NCBI RefSeq assembly: GCF_006345805.1
Contig: NC_043000.1
Span: 558,001 to 622,000 of the forward strand
DNA from: Octopus sinensis
Taxonomy: Eukaryota
Length of the DNA stretch: 64,000 nt
Direction of reading: 5' to 3'
Below the pieces are notes generated by a model, which worked only from the letters and a program-made list of their open reading frames with translations, did no database searches and was not told the origin of the DNA. A program made the translations under genes and the position numbers. Positions 12,851 to 25,498 of the stretch are shown here, one piece after another (position 1 is the first letter of the stretch; each line of letters begins with the position of its first letter).

Positions 12851-13502
12851 ATGCATGCCCACATCCTTAGTTTTACATGGATGTGTACCTACCACACATA
12901 CATGTCTATACAAACATACACACATGCATATACATACATACATGCATACACACACACACACTCACATATATATATGAATACAGACTCAACCATAAACCCA
13001 TATATATATATGTCTGTATGTATATATATATGTACATATATATATACACACACGCACACACATACACGCAGCTATATACACACGCATATATACACACACA
13101 TTACCCGAGCATGGATTTAGATACAAGCACATATACGCCCACATACACATATAGAAAAACTCACATATGAATGCATACATAGATGCATACCTAACTACAA
13201 ACACACATTCTTACCAAAGAGAAGCGTCGAACAATAGACAAAAGATTAATTAAAAAACAACGAGAGCTTATCACATTTCTAAAGTAAATCTTCTTATTCT
13301 GACGGAGGGCCAGGTTTAGCAGGATATCTTTTAATAAACACGAAGAACTAGCGTGTGTATTCAGATCGTCTATGTATGTTAACTGTCATCAGCGTCGGGT
13401 GTGGTGTTTCAGGAGCTATGCCGACAGAGACACGCCATTAACTTCTTGCTCAAAGTAAGGCGCCGCGCTTTTAGGAAGAGTCGCTAGGCCCTACCAAAAT
13501 AC

Positions 13503-13505
13503 ACT

Positions 13506-13558
<53 letters not shown>

Positions 13559-13576
13559 TTGTCTGGCTGTCTGTCC

Positions 13577-13610
<34 letters not shown>

Positions 13611-13689
13611 GTGCCTGTGTGTCTGTCTGCCTGTCTGATTGTCTCTCAGTTTCCCTTACTCTCTTATTCACTCTCTCTGTATATATAAA

Positions 13690-13724
<35 letters not shown>

Positions 13725-13738
13725 TAATAATAATAATA

Positions 13739-13803
<65 letters not shown>

Positions 13804-13895
13804 GGTGACGATGGTGATGGTGATGGTGATGATGATGGTGATGGTGATGATGATGGTGATGGTGATGATGATGATGATGATGACAGTAATAATAA
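13503..13895. repeat. Compound microsatellite (CTAT/CTGT/AAT/GAT/GGT)
   Basis: Direct runs; source of the poly-D, poly-H and poly-M ORFs. Confidence 0.95.
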
Positions 13896-13901
13896 TACTT
13901 T

Positions 13902-14120
13902 ACCCTGATGCAGTACCAGACAATGCCTCTCATGGCTTCTGATCTTAACTGATTGGAAGTGTTATCATGTACATTGTTTTGTCTTGGTATAAACAATGGG
14001 CTACAGCAAATATTCTGCTCAATACCACAGATTTGCTTGTCAGTTATTTGACCTTAACCAGTTGAGCATGTCCCTTAGTGGCGGACGATATGTACATCTC
14101 TGACCACGAGCAGAAGTAGA
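13902..14120 (+). mobile_element. Family F interspersed repeat, partial
   Basis: Reverse complement of ~50130-50348. Confidence 0.75.
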
Positions 14121-15802
14121 TTAAATCTAATAATCTATCCGATAGAAATGCATGAACTATTGTGGTGGTGCCATGAAGTAAACATGCTTCAGGTACACTC
14201 GTTTACTCATACAAACGTAACTGAGATGGAGTATATCATAAATAACAGTGACAAACGAAATATACACCACCGGAAGTTGTTGTTGACAAACAGCGGCAGT
14301 AATTTTATTCAGCTGAATATACGCCGCCATTGATTGGTTGAAATTACTACTTTAACACGAAATAACTTCGAAAATACAAACTTTTCTCAACAACGCTAAA
14401 AGATGTTTTATATGACACATCCTTCCGAAGTTTGAAAGAACTTCTTTCGAAGTTTGAAAGAATAAATTCTAGGCTTACAAAAAATAAGTCCTAGGAGCAA
14501 TTTCTTCGACTAAAACCCTTTAAGGCGGTGCTCCAGCATGGTCACAGTTAAATGTATGAAAAAAGTAAAAGACTTAAAAAAAATAATTTAATTAATAATA
14601 ACGGTTTGAAAAACTCTGTCCTCAACTGTTTGTTTACTTCAAGTTTTGTGATGTCACATACCAAAACATCACTTCTTCCCATTTTGTTTTGGCTGTAATT
14701 TGCCCAACTTCAACTATTTCATTTCAGTGAATTAAGTAAAAGTAACGCATGCATCAGTAAAATGCATTGAATACTTTTAATGATACGCAAAATCCCTTAT
14801 CTTATGACTAAGGTTACCCTGTTTATACACACATGCACGCATACACAAAATATATTCGTATATATACATATAGAAACACATGCACACACCTACCCACACG
14901 CGCACGCAAACACACAAACACACACACACACATATATACATATATGCACACACACGTGTGTGCGTGACTGTAAGTTACTCAACTGATAATAAATAGATGT
15001 TTTTTCTTTTTAAATACGATTGCACAATTGTCTTCTTTGTTTCAATTCCTTTCAAGATTACAGCGTTTGTAGTCTGTCAGCATTTCATTCAGTTTTATAA
15101 TATTTATCTAAACTATAAAATATGTGTACAGATACATCATACATTTTCTTGCCTTTAAATTATCATTTACGAGACAACAATTTTATTACTATATCTGCAT
15201 ATATTTTTGTTCATCATATTTCTTTCAAATTGTTACGAATTTATATTCTAAATGTAAAAGGCTTTATTCTATTTGATAATATTAAAGTCCAAGATATTTA
15301 ATACACAATCATACGCACACAAACATGCATAACATTTGCAAAGAACCTAAGATTAGATTATTGGATTTAATAGGGATGTGAACTGTATTGCTTAAAAGCG
15401 AACAGGAACTTATATATATTTATATATGATCTAATGTATAAAACGATAACAAAGACACAAGCAAAGTTTCAAATACACAATGTTCTTTAGAAAATGTCGT
15501 TAAGGCTTATGCTTTATGTAGCATATAACACTCTGGTGAAATTCCCTATTTACTGTGAGAAGGGAAAAGGAATTAAAGGAAACGTATTAATGTACAAGAA
15601 AAAAGTATTTGGGTGTGTTAAGCAAATTATTACCTTTTCAGAAATTTAATAGGTTCTAAATATGAGATTCATTTAACTTGTCGGTTAAGTAATTGGATGT
15701 TGGGGTATAAAACAGAGTTGTAATGGTTCTAAATATTTGCTCAGGGTTTAGCATTTTTATTTACGGATATTAAGAACTTTTAATGATTTTCTGAGTATTT
15801 TT

Positions 15803-16110
15803 TTTTGCCCTTTTTAAGCCTAGCCGGGCTCATGGGCCTGGTTTCCCGATTTCTGTGGCGTATGTGTTTCCCCCAGCTGGACGGGACGCCAGTCCATCGC
15901 AGTGTTACTCAAGAAACAGGAAGAGAGAGTGAGAGAAAGTTATGGCGAAAAAGTACAACAGGGGTCGCCACCCCACGCCGTGCCGGAGCCTCGTGGAGCT
16001 TTTAGGTGTTTTTGCTCAATAAACACACACGACGCCCGGTCTGGGAATCGAAACCGTGATCCTCCGATAACGAGTCCGCTGCCCTAACCACTGGGCCATT
16101 GCGTCTCCAC
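15803..16110 (-). mobile_element. tRNA-derived SINE (core K1 + tail T2)
   Basis: Same head and core as 8658; tail gcgatggactggcgtcccgtccag; 14-bp TSD ttctgagtattttt (15789-15802 / 16111-16124). Confidence 0.92.
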
Positions 16111-16706
16111 TTCTGAGTATTTTTGAAGAATTTGAATAGCAATTTCTTGTTTAAACGAAATATCCGCTTTTATGGCTAGTTTTCTAAATATGTAAGTGCA
16201 CGTGTGTATATGTTGATAAAGTTGGTCTTTGAAAGTGATTAGTGGTTAAACCAGTGTAAAAGGTTTAGAAAAAATTGATGTTAACTCGGGCAGATCTTAC
16301 GCCACTAATTCAATGAAATTTTATTGACAGCATTGTGTCGAAAAAATTACAATTAGAAATATTTTCATGGTGGAAATGGATGTTTCTTTTGTGTTTATGT
16401 AAAACAATGCGTGATTGAATAAAAGATTATAATATTTTTCTTGATAGCTGATGATATTTACGATTCATCGGAAGCATTTCTGTAGGCATTTGGACAGAGT
16501 TTAGCTGTTGGTGCTTCAAGTAGTAAATTGTACAGCAGATTACAACACTGTACATCTTTTTCAAGCGTATTCGTAGATTGCTAGAACTGTATTTGTATAA
16601 TAGTTTACAATTTCTTTGTCATCGCTTCTGCTTAGTACTTTATTGTAAAAGGGAGGTGTCACGTTAAGTAATCTATTCATATGGTTATATCATATGTGCG
16701 TGTGTG

Positions 16707-16976
16707 TGAAGGCACATGGCTCAGTAGTTAGAGCATCGAGCTTACGATCGCGAGGTTGTGAGCTGCGTGTTGCGTTCTTGAACAAGGCATTTTATTTCAC
16801 GTTGCTCCAGTTCACTCAGCTGTAGAAGTGAGTTGGGACGTCGCAGGTGCCAAGCTGTACTGGCCGTTGCCTTTCCCTTGGATAACACTGGTGGCGTGGA
16901 GAGGGGAGGCCAGTATGCATGGGAGGGTAACTTTCGAAGTGCAATCCTATGGTCAGTCATGACCGAAGGGGGTTTC
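16707..16976 (+). mobile_element. tRNA-derived SINE (CORE-like K2 + tail T3)
   Basis: Core gttcttgaacaaggca..ttatttcacgttgctccag; matches 33524-33836. Confidence 0.8.
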
Positions 16977-16981
16977 AGCAT

Positions 16982-17024
<43 letters not shown>

Positions 17025-17029
17025 AGAAC

Positions 17030-17140
17030 AAAAACGCAATAGAGGACAATAAAACATTCGGACAGGCAAAAAAAAGACGGGTCATTTGTGGCCTTCTTTC
17101 CTCAGTCAAGTACCAGAAATCATGACCGTTTCGGGCAGTT
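17030..17140 (-). repeat. Family Q repeat (second copy ~42050-42210)
   Basis: Shared gaggacaataaaacattcggaca and tttcctcagtcaagtacc...gtttcgg blocks. Confidence 0.65.
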
Positions 17141-17559
17141 ACACTTGGTGATATATATATATATATATAACAGGCACTTGCCATGAGTAATTACTCAGGG
17201 TAGGCAGCTGGTGACGTTTATGTAGTAAAACACACATAAATATAAGCGAAACACAAACGTAAGAATACAGTAGTGGGGTCGTTTCGTTCGACTAAATTTT
17301 TCCAAGGTGGTGTTCCAGTATGGCCGCAATCTGTTGACTGAAATGAGTAAAAGATAAAAGACTTTGAAACATGAAAAGAAAAGAAGAATATGCCAAGAAA
17401 CTGAACACATTCCATCAACGATTCCTCTAGAAAACCCCTCAAGTTCACCCACGAAATTAAAAACATTTCTGTGGAGCAGCCCCAGTCGAAACCACAATCT
17501 TACTGTCACGAGTGCAATACCCTAATCATTACGCCACGTGCCTGCAAACACGCGCGAGC

Positions 17560-17698
17560 GCACATGTATGTATGTATGTATGTATGTATGTATGTATGTA
17601 TGTATGTATGTATGTATGTATATTAATACTGTCAGATCCCGAAATATGTGTATGCAGAAAAAATGCAGATACATATTTATGCTAGTATAAACAAATAC

Positions 17699-17729
<31 letters not shown>

Positions 17730-17770
17730 CATACATACAAACATATATATATATATATATATATATATAC

Positions 17771-17810
<40 letters not shown>

Positions 17811-17842
17811 CGTATATATATACATATATATATATACATACA

Positions 17843-17880
<38 letters not shown>

Positions 17881-17906
17881 CATACATACATACATACATA
17901 CATACA

Positions 17907-17942
<36 letters not shown>

Positions 17943-18051
17943 TACATACATACATATATATATATATACATGCATACATATATATATATACATACATACA
18001 TACATATATATATATATATACATACATACATACATACATATATATATTATA

Positions 18052-18122
<71 letters not shown>

Positions 18123-18155
18123 TGTGTATATATATATATCTATATATATATATTA
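17560..18155. repeat. (TATG)n/(TACA)n/(TA)n microsatellite
   Basis: Direct runs. Confidence 0.95.
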
Positions 18156-18422
18156 ATGTGTGTAAATGGGAATATATCACATTGAACAGTAGCTGTCATT
18201 TTCCGCCAGATGTCAGCTGTGTATAATGGTAGGTAAGTCAGTTTAGCAGCGCCTTATCTTATCTCGTTCTATGAGAGTAATACGAATTAATAATATTTTA
18301 AGCTGTCTAAGCACAGCTCCTGTCCACACTGTTTAAGCAATCAGCCAACAGATATTATGGGGTGTTACACCAAAAGAAACCGTTGCAGCAACTTTAGCAG
18401 AACGCTATCGACTAGCTAGCAT

Positions 18423-18453
<31 letters not shown>

Positions 18454-18544
18454 AGCAGCAGAAGCAACAGTAAGAACAGCTTGAGGCTTTGACGCATTAG
18501 AGCATCAGCCGCAATAGCATAATGATCTAAAGCAATAATTCTTA

Positions 18545-19255
18545 TAATTTTGGCACAAAGGCGGCAGTCTTACTTGTTGGGTGGGGTCGATTACCTCCAT
18601 TCCATTGCGCGACTGCTACTTTGTTTTAAGGAGCCCCAAATGATCAACGGCAAAGTCGACCTTGGCGGAAATTGAACTCACGCCCTAAATAGCCGGTATA
18701 AATAAACTACTCACAAGTTTTTTACTACTCACAAGGGGCTAAACACAGAGAGGACAAACAAGGACAGACAAACAAAGACAGACAAACGGATTAAGTCGAT
18801 TATATCGACCCCAGTGCGTAACTGGTACTTATTTAATCGTCCCCGAAAAGAATAAAAAGCAAATTCGACCTCGGCGGAATTTGAACTCAGAACGTAGCGG
18901 CAGACGAAATACCGGTAAGCATTTCGCCCGGCGTGCTAACGATTCGGCCAGCTCGCCGCCGGTTTTAATACCGCTTAGCATTTTGTCCGATGTGCTAACC
19001 GTTCTGCCATCTCACTACTATAATGATGTTCCGAAGCAATAATAATGGTTTCTAATTTTGGCGCAGAGACAGCAGTGTTTGATGAATTACATCGAATCCA
19101 ATATTTAAATGATACTTACTTTATCGACCCCGAAAGGATTGAAAGACAAAGTGGACCTCGGCGGAATTTGAATTCAGAACGTCTAGATAGACGAAATGCT
19201 GTCGAGAATGTTTGCCTGGCATGCTAACATTTCTACAAGCTCGCTGCCTTACTCA
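18545..19255 (-). mobile_element. Family C cluster
   Basis: Near-consensus copy at 18715-18960 plus degenerate flanking copies. Confidence 0.85.
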
Positions 19256-19289
19256 AATTAATAACTAATGGTGTAATGTGACAATACAT

Positions 19290-19591
19290 GTGGAGGCACA
19301 TGGCCTAATGGTTAGAGCAGCGGACTCGCGGTCGAGGAATCGCGAGTTCGAATCTCAGACCGGGCGATGTGTGTGTTTATGAGCGGAACACCTAAGCTCC
19401 ACGCGGCTCCGGCAGAAGGTAATGGTGAACTTCTGCTGACTCTTTCGCCACGACTTTCTCTCACTCTTTCTTCCTGCATCTTGCAGCTCACCTGCGACAG
19501 ACCGGCGTCCCGTCCAGATGGGGAACCTATATGCCAAGGAAACCGGGAAACCGGCCCTTATGAGCCAGGCATGTCTCGAGAAGGAACAAAC
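19290..19591 (+). mobile_element. tRNA-derived SINE (K1 + T2)
   Basis: Head gtggaggcacatggcctaatgg; TSD atgYgacaatacat (19276-19289 / 19592-19605). Confidence 0.9.
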
Positions 19592-19605
19592 ATGCGACAA
19601 TACAT

Positions 19606-20218
19606 ATTTTCTACTCCAGGCACAATGCCCGAACTTTTGGGGGAGAGGGCCAGTCGATTATATCGACCCCAGTACGCAACTGCTACTTAATTTATCGACC
19701 CCAAAAGGATGAAAAACAAAGTCGACCTCGTAGGAATTTGAACTAAGAACGTAATAACAGACGAAATGTCGCTAAGCATTTCGCCCGGTTTGCTAACGTT
19801 TCTTACTTCTTTATTGCCCACAAGGGGCTAAACATAGAGAGGACAAACAAGGACAGACAAAAGGATTAAGTCGATTACATCGATCCCAGTGGGCAACTGA
19901 TACTTAATTTATCGACTCCGAAAGGATAAAAGGCAAAGTCGACCTCGGCGGAATTTGAACTCAGAACGTCAAGACAGACGAAATGCCTATTTCTTTACTA
20001 CCCACAAGGGGCTAAATACAGAGTGGGACAAACAAAGACAGACAAACGGATTAAGTCGGTTATATCGACCCCAGTGGGTAACTGATACTTAATTTATCGA
20101 CTCCGAAAGGATGAAAGGCAAAGTCGACCTCGGCGGAATTTGAACTCAGATCGTAGCGGCAGACGAAATACGACTGCGCATTTCGCCCGGCGTGCTAACG
20201 ACTCTGCCAGCTCGCTGT
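19606..20218 (-). mobile_element. Family C trimeric concatemer
   Basis: One head at ~20215 followed by three cores joined by both recurrent junction types. Confidence 0.9.
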
Positions 20219-20302
20219 CTATGTGGTAATATATCATCAATAAAAACAAGATCTGACGCAATTTGTTTTCTTGGTTCTTCCTATTTAACTGCCTCTACAA
20301 AG

Positions 20303-20523
20303 ACACGTGTACCCTTAACGTAGTTCTCGTGGAGATTCAGAACGACAGAGAATATAAGGCTGGTCCTTGGAAATACATGTACTACTCATTGTTGCCACAT
20401 GTGTGGACTAGAACAACGTGAAATAAAGTGCCTTGTTCTAGAACACAACGCATCGCCGGGAATTGAACTCACGATATTACGATCGTGAGCTGAATACCCT
20501 AAACACTAAGCCACGTGCCTTCA
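20303..20523 (-). mobile_element. SINE K2 + T1, 3'-truncated
   Basis: Reverse complement of the adjacent copy at 20543-20860. Confidence 0.8.
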
Positions 20524-20542
20524 CTGCTTCCTATTTATGTAT

Positions 20543-20860
20543 GAGGGCGCGTGGCTTAGTGGTTAGGGCATTCGGCTCATGATCGTAAGGTTGTGAGTTC
20601 GATTCCCGGCGACGCGTTGTGTCCTTGAGCAAGACACTTTATTTCACGTTGCTCCAGTCCACTCAGCTGGCAAAAATGAGTTGTACTTGTATTTCAAAGG
20701 GTCAGCCTTGTCACTCTCTGTGTCACGCTGATTATCCCCGAGAACTACGTTAAGGGTACACGTGTCTGTGGAATGCTCAGCCATTTGCACGTTAATTTCA
20801 CGAGCAAGCTGTTCCGTTGATCGTATCAGCTGGGACCCTCGTCGTCGTAACCGGCGGAGT
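20543..20860 (+). mobile_element. SINE K2 + T1
   Basis: tRNA head, CORE-like gtgtccttgagcaagacactt, and the same tail as 8860-9045. Confidence 0.9.
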
Positions 20861-21643
20861 CTTTTATAAAATTTATGTATATCAAGCGCAACCAACATTT
20901 TAGGAATACTACCTTTTCATTTAAGCTAAAATATGCGCTCGGATATTTTAATTTAAAAGGATAATGGAAGCAAAATTTAATTTTCATTGCAATGATTGGC
21001 TGTGTCACTTCAATGTCTTTGACCAGCTTTACTGATCCCTAATACTTCAAATGTACAAAGAACAGGGTTGAAAGGGGAACTAAGGGATTGACATAATTTT
21101 CATGCAGCACTAAGCTCATGCTTCGTTTATATTTTAATCCGACTTAATCAACTTGCCTCCTATTCTGTATAATCGAGTACAAAGGATTATATTAACAGTG
21201 AAATTCATGTGACTAATATATTTCTAATATATATATATAGGCGCAGGCGTGGGCGTGTGTTGAGAAGTTTGCGTTCCAACTACATGGTTCCGGTTTCAGT
21301 CCCACTGCGAGATACCTTGGGAGAAAAAAACCATGCCTTGCTTAACCAATTCTCTACTACATCTGGCAAATTAATCCAGGTATTTATTCGAAACAAATTT
21401 CCAAAGAGCAATATAATTCTTCCTGGCGTTTATAGCGCATGTTCCATTACTTTTGATATCGTCACTTGACTCAAAGATAATTGATTGCTGTAAGATTTTG
21501 ATGACATTTAATTAATTGCATATAAGAAGGTGACATATTAGGAAAACCATAGAATAATATTAATACAGTCGACGCAATTTTGGTGTATTAATCCTTTATT
21601 TCCCAAAACTACAAACCTACACAAGCATCGATTATATATATAT

Positions 21644-21875
21644 ATATTGTTATATTTCGGAATGGTCATATTGCCAGTTTAGCCAATAAAAACACACGCA
21701 CTATATATTTGGTGTTATTTTGCTTCAGTGATATTTATTTTTTACATTAATCTTAATCTTATTTCGGCCAAAGTTCTTTCGTCACACACACTGAAGCAAA
21801 ATGACACCAAATATATAGTGCGTGTGTTTTTATTGGCTAAACTGGCAATATAACCATTCCGAAATATAACAATAT
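21644..21875. repeat. Inverted repeat, 87-bp arms, 58-bp spacer
   Basis: 21644-21730 vs 21789-21875, two mismatches. Confidence 0.9.
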
Positions 21876-22011
21876 CTGTTTCAACACACGACTTCACATA
21901 AAAAATCTTGCACAACAAATATTTAAACGTATATATATATATATATATGCCTTCGTCTTTTGTTTATTTTCATAAAGCTTCCCGTTATATATATATATAT
22001 ATATATATATG

Positions 22012-22174
22012 TAATATTAATTAGAGACAAAACCACTATTTTGCAAAACAAACAAGGAAACACTTAATCAATACATAAAATTTTAATAAAAACATAAAAT
22101 TTTAATTTTATGTATTGATTAAGTCTTTCCTTGTTTGTTCTGCAAAATAGTGGTTTTGTCTCTAATTAATATTA
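22012..22174. repeat. Inverted repeat, 71-bp arms, 21-bp spacer
   Basis: 22012-22082 vs 22104-22174, two mismatches. Confidence 0.9.
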
Positions 22175-22399
22175 TATAATATTTTACTATAAAATTGGAT
22201 TTAATCCTAATTCTGATTTTTTCCCTGTAAATTTGGATTTATTCCCTAATATTTATTATATATATATATATATATATAAACACAAACAGACACAAGTAAT
22301 TATATATCTATATCTATATAAGTATATATATATATACTTTATATATTTACTGGTATATTTTGTTACTGTTTATATTTTTTTTACTGTTTATTTTTTTAC

Positions 22400-22800
22400 T
22401 GTTTATATTTTTGTACTGTCGTTACTGTCCTGTTTTTTTACCATTTTTTTACCATTTTTTACCCCTCTGCGAAAAGATCTCAGAATTTTAATTGATTTGC
22501 TTTTCGCAGGAAGGAAAGTTTCTTGTCGAAGATACGTCTCGCTTTTATCCTTCGAAACGTAGAGTAGATGAAACCTTAGCGACTGAAGAAGGGGTTTTTT
22601 CGTTGTGTTAATTGTCCTGTACCCCATTTTTTGTTGTTTTTAAAAAAATGTCCAGTTCCTTTGGTTTGTGTCTATGTTTTCGTTTCTCTTTGTGTTCGAC
22701 GTCCCTTTGGTGTCCTGTACTCATATATGCGTGTATATGTACATGTAGAGGTAGGTACGTACATATATGTTTATATATATGCATATGTTTTATTTCATTT
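22400..22800 (+). mobile_element. Family P repeat
   Basis: Aligns with 12400-12850 (tttttacccctctgc.aaaaga; gcaggaagga; ccttcgaaac; ctga.gaagggg; tgtcctgtactcatatatgc). Confidence 0.55.
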
Positions 22801-22801
22801 A

Positions 22802-22832
<31 letters not shown>

Positions 22833-22838
<6 letters not shown>

Positions 22839-23240
22839 AGACGTGTCTCTGTGGTAAGTTTACTTCCCAACCACATGCTTCCAGGTTCAATCCCACTGCG
22901 TGGCACCTTGAGTGTCTTCTACTGTAGCTTCGAGCTTGTGAGTGTATTTGGTAGACAGAAGCTGAAAAAAGCCCATTATATAAATATATACATATATTCC
23001 CGCGCGCGCGCGCATCTATGTGTTTCTGTTTGTCACACACTGCCTCCCCACAACCGGTATTGGTGCGTTTACGTCCCCGTAAATAAGCGGTTCGGTAAAA
23101 AGGGACGATAGAAAAAGTACAAGTATTAAACAGAAAATAAGTACTGGGGTCGATTAGTTTGACTAAAATTCCTTAAGGTGATGCTCCAGCATGACCGCAG
23201 TCTAATGACTGAAACGAGTAAAAGATTAAAGGATAAAAGA
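22833..23240 (+). mobile_element. SINE A, near full length
   Basis: Head, core, internal microsatellite and 3' tail all present. Confidence 0.85.
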
Positions 23241-23273
<33 letters not shown>

Positions 23274-24099
23274 GAATTATAAATATGTGTATATATATGT
23301 GTGTATGTATATATATATATATATAAATATATATATATATTTAAAACGAATAAACGAACATTAAAAATTACAATAATACATACACACGCAGAGTGTGTGT
23401 ATAATAATACACACACGCGCGGGAATATATATATACATACATATATAGTATGTATATATAGTATATACATACTATATATACATGTAAATATATAAAAAAT
23501 AGGATGGATACTATTGATATGTTATATAGACTCATAGGGACAGTTTGCCTCTTTCCGTGACGCATCTGCTTAAGCAAATTTAAATTTGATATTTGTTTAA
23601 TATAGTGTGTGTAGGGCAAGGTGCTTAGCTTTGGTTTGGAAAAAGATCAGTAAATTGGAATGGCTTTGGAACAAAAGATTACGGAAAGTCGATATTCTAC
23701 CTGAACTTTATATAGTTTTCTCATCATACCCTTTAAGTTAAAATCCCATGACGGATAACTTTTGTCCCTGAAAAGAAATATTTATATTTAGATAATGTAT
23801 AAATATTTGAGTGTATATGACTAAATGCCAACACCGGCTAGGGTGGCAAATTCTAACGAGAAAAGTAGCACCATTGTGCATACAGCATTTCATGGGGAAC
23901 CCTTCTTTCATCAAAACCTACGACACCCGATTTCTTTCAAAAGACAGAGAGAACTTCAGTATTAGATTCGTCTTTTATATGTGAACCTCGGAGGGATGGA
24001 AAACTAAGTTTTCTTCGGCAGAATTCGAACTCATTGCACAGAGAGTTGGAATAACAACTGTAATCGCTGTCTTATTTCAACATTGTACGATTGCAATTC

Positions 24100-24520
24100 T
24101 TTTTACTATAGACACCAGGGCTGAAATTTGGGTGAAGGAGACAAGGGGATTACATCGATACCTGTGCTTAACTAGTAACTATGTTTTTGCCCCCTGAAAA
24201 GAATGGAAGGCAAAGTCAACCTGTGTGGAATTTGAACTCAGAACGAAAAGCCCGCAAAAATTGCTACTATTTTATCTGTTATGATAACGAATCTGCCAGT
24301 TATTGAAATAAATATCATTAATATAATCCTTTCTACCTTAGGCACAAGGCCTGAAGTTTGGTGGGAGGGGCCAGTCGATTAGATTGACCCTAGTACGCAG
24401 CTGGCACTTAGTTTATCGACCCCGAAAGGATGAAGGCAAAGTCGACCTCGGCAGAATTTGAACTCAAAACGTAGCGAAGAATGAAAAGCCGCGAAGCATT
24501 TTGCCAGCTCGCCGCCTCAG
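24100..24520 (-). mobile_element. Family C dimer
   Basis: Two cores head-to-tail. Confidence 0.8.
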
Positions 24521-25028
24521 ATGGGATGAAATATTAAAATTCATTTTAACTAAGAATTGAAACCGTAATGTTCACTCGGCTGGATAGTAACTAAATTGCA
24601 ACCTCGTAAGGACAACAGCAGATAACGTATATCTATCGGTGTCTTGTCAGTCAACAGTCAGCTAATTAAATTATTATAAAACATGAGCTTCATACAAGCA
24701 TTGTTTTCTTGGTTGATTTAAAGGAAACATAAAACTCCAAAATAAAGAAAGCCTAGAATTAGTTCGCTCACGTCGTCTCAGGATTATCCACTTACTGTTG
24801 ATATACAATGATAATCTTTCTTTTTCTACAATAAAACTCAAGAACTTATCTCACTGTACATACAGGATCTGAAGCAAGTAAAACGTCAGCCCTGTCAACC
24901 CCAGTATTATCGTGTTTTAAGTGCACAGTCAGACTTGGATTTTTCGAAAATCTGCAATATATGGATCTACAGCCCCAACAAGTTTCTCTTTCTCCCTCTT
25001 TGTCTGTCTACATACATACATATATATT

Positions 25029-25063
<35 letters not shown>

Positions 25064-25072
25064 ACATATATA

Positions 25073-25116
<44 letters not shown>

Positions 25117-25150
25117 TATATATATGTATATATGTATATATGTATATATA

Positions 25151-25442
25151 TGGACACGTGGGAGGTAACAGCTGCTGACCGCTCTGCCTGGCGTCGGACA
25201 GTGAGGAAAGGCGTTTCCATGACTGAGGAAAGGAGAGCACAGCTGTGGTCGGACAGGCGGGACAGGAGGAGGACAACTGCAGCAACACCCCACACGTACC
25301 CATCGATGTTCGTGTGCAGCAACTGTACCAGGGACTGCCACTCTAGAATTGGACTGTTCAGTCACAGCAGACGCTGCTCATCATCAAAGTAGGCTCCACC
25401 CTTGGCGCGACCCATTGTCTATCAAGACAGACGGGAAGAAGA

Positions 25443-25444
<2 letters not shown>
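25151..25444 (+). pseudogene. RTE-clade LINE 3' end (C-terminal Zn finger + 3' UTR)
   Basis: DTWEVTAADRSAWRRTV...[23 protein letters not shown] matches the RTE C-terminal WE..A.DR..WR and CxxC..SRIGLxSH motifs. Confidence 0.88.
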
Positions 25445-25488
<44 letters not shown>

Positions 25489-25498
25489 ATATATATAT

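Noticed and set aside
19606-20218. CRISPR-like array
   Set aside because: Units are ~190 bp and fully homologous; no unique spacers or cas genes; eukaryotic context.
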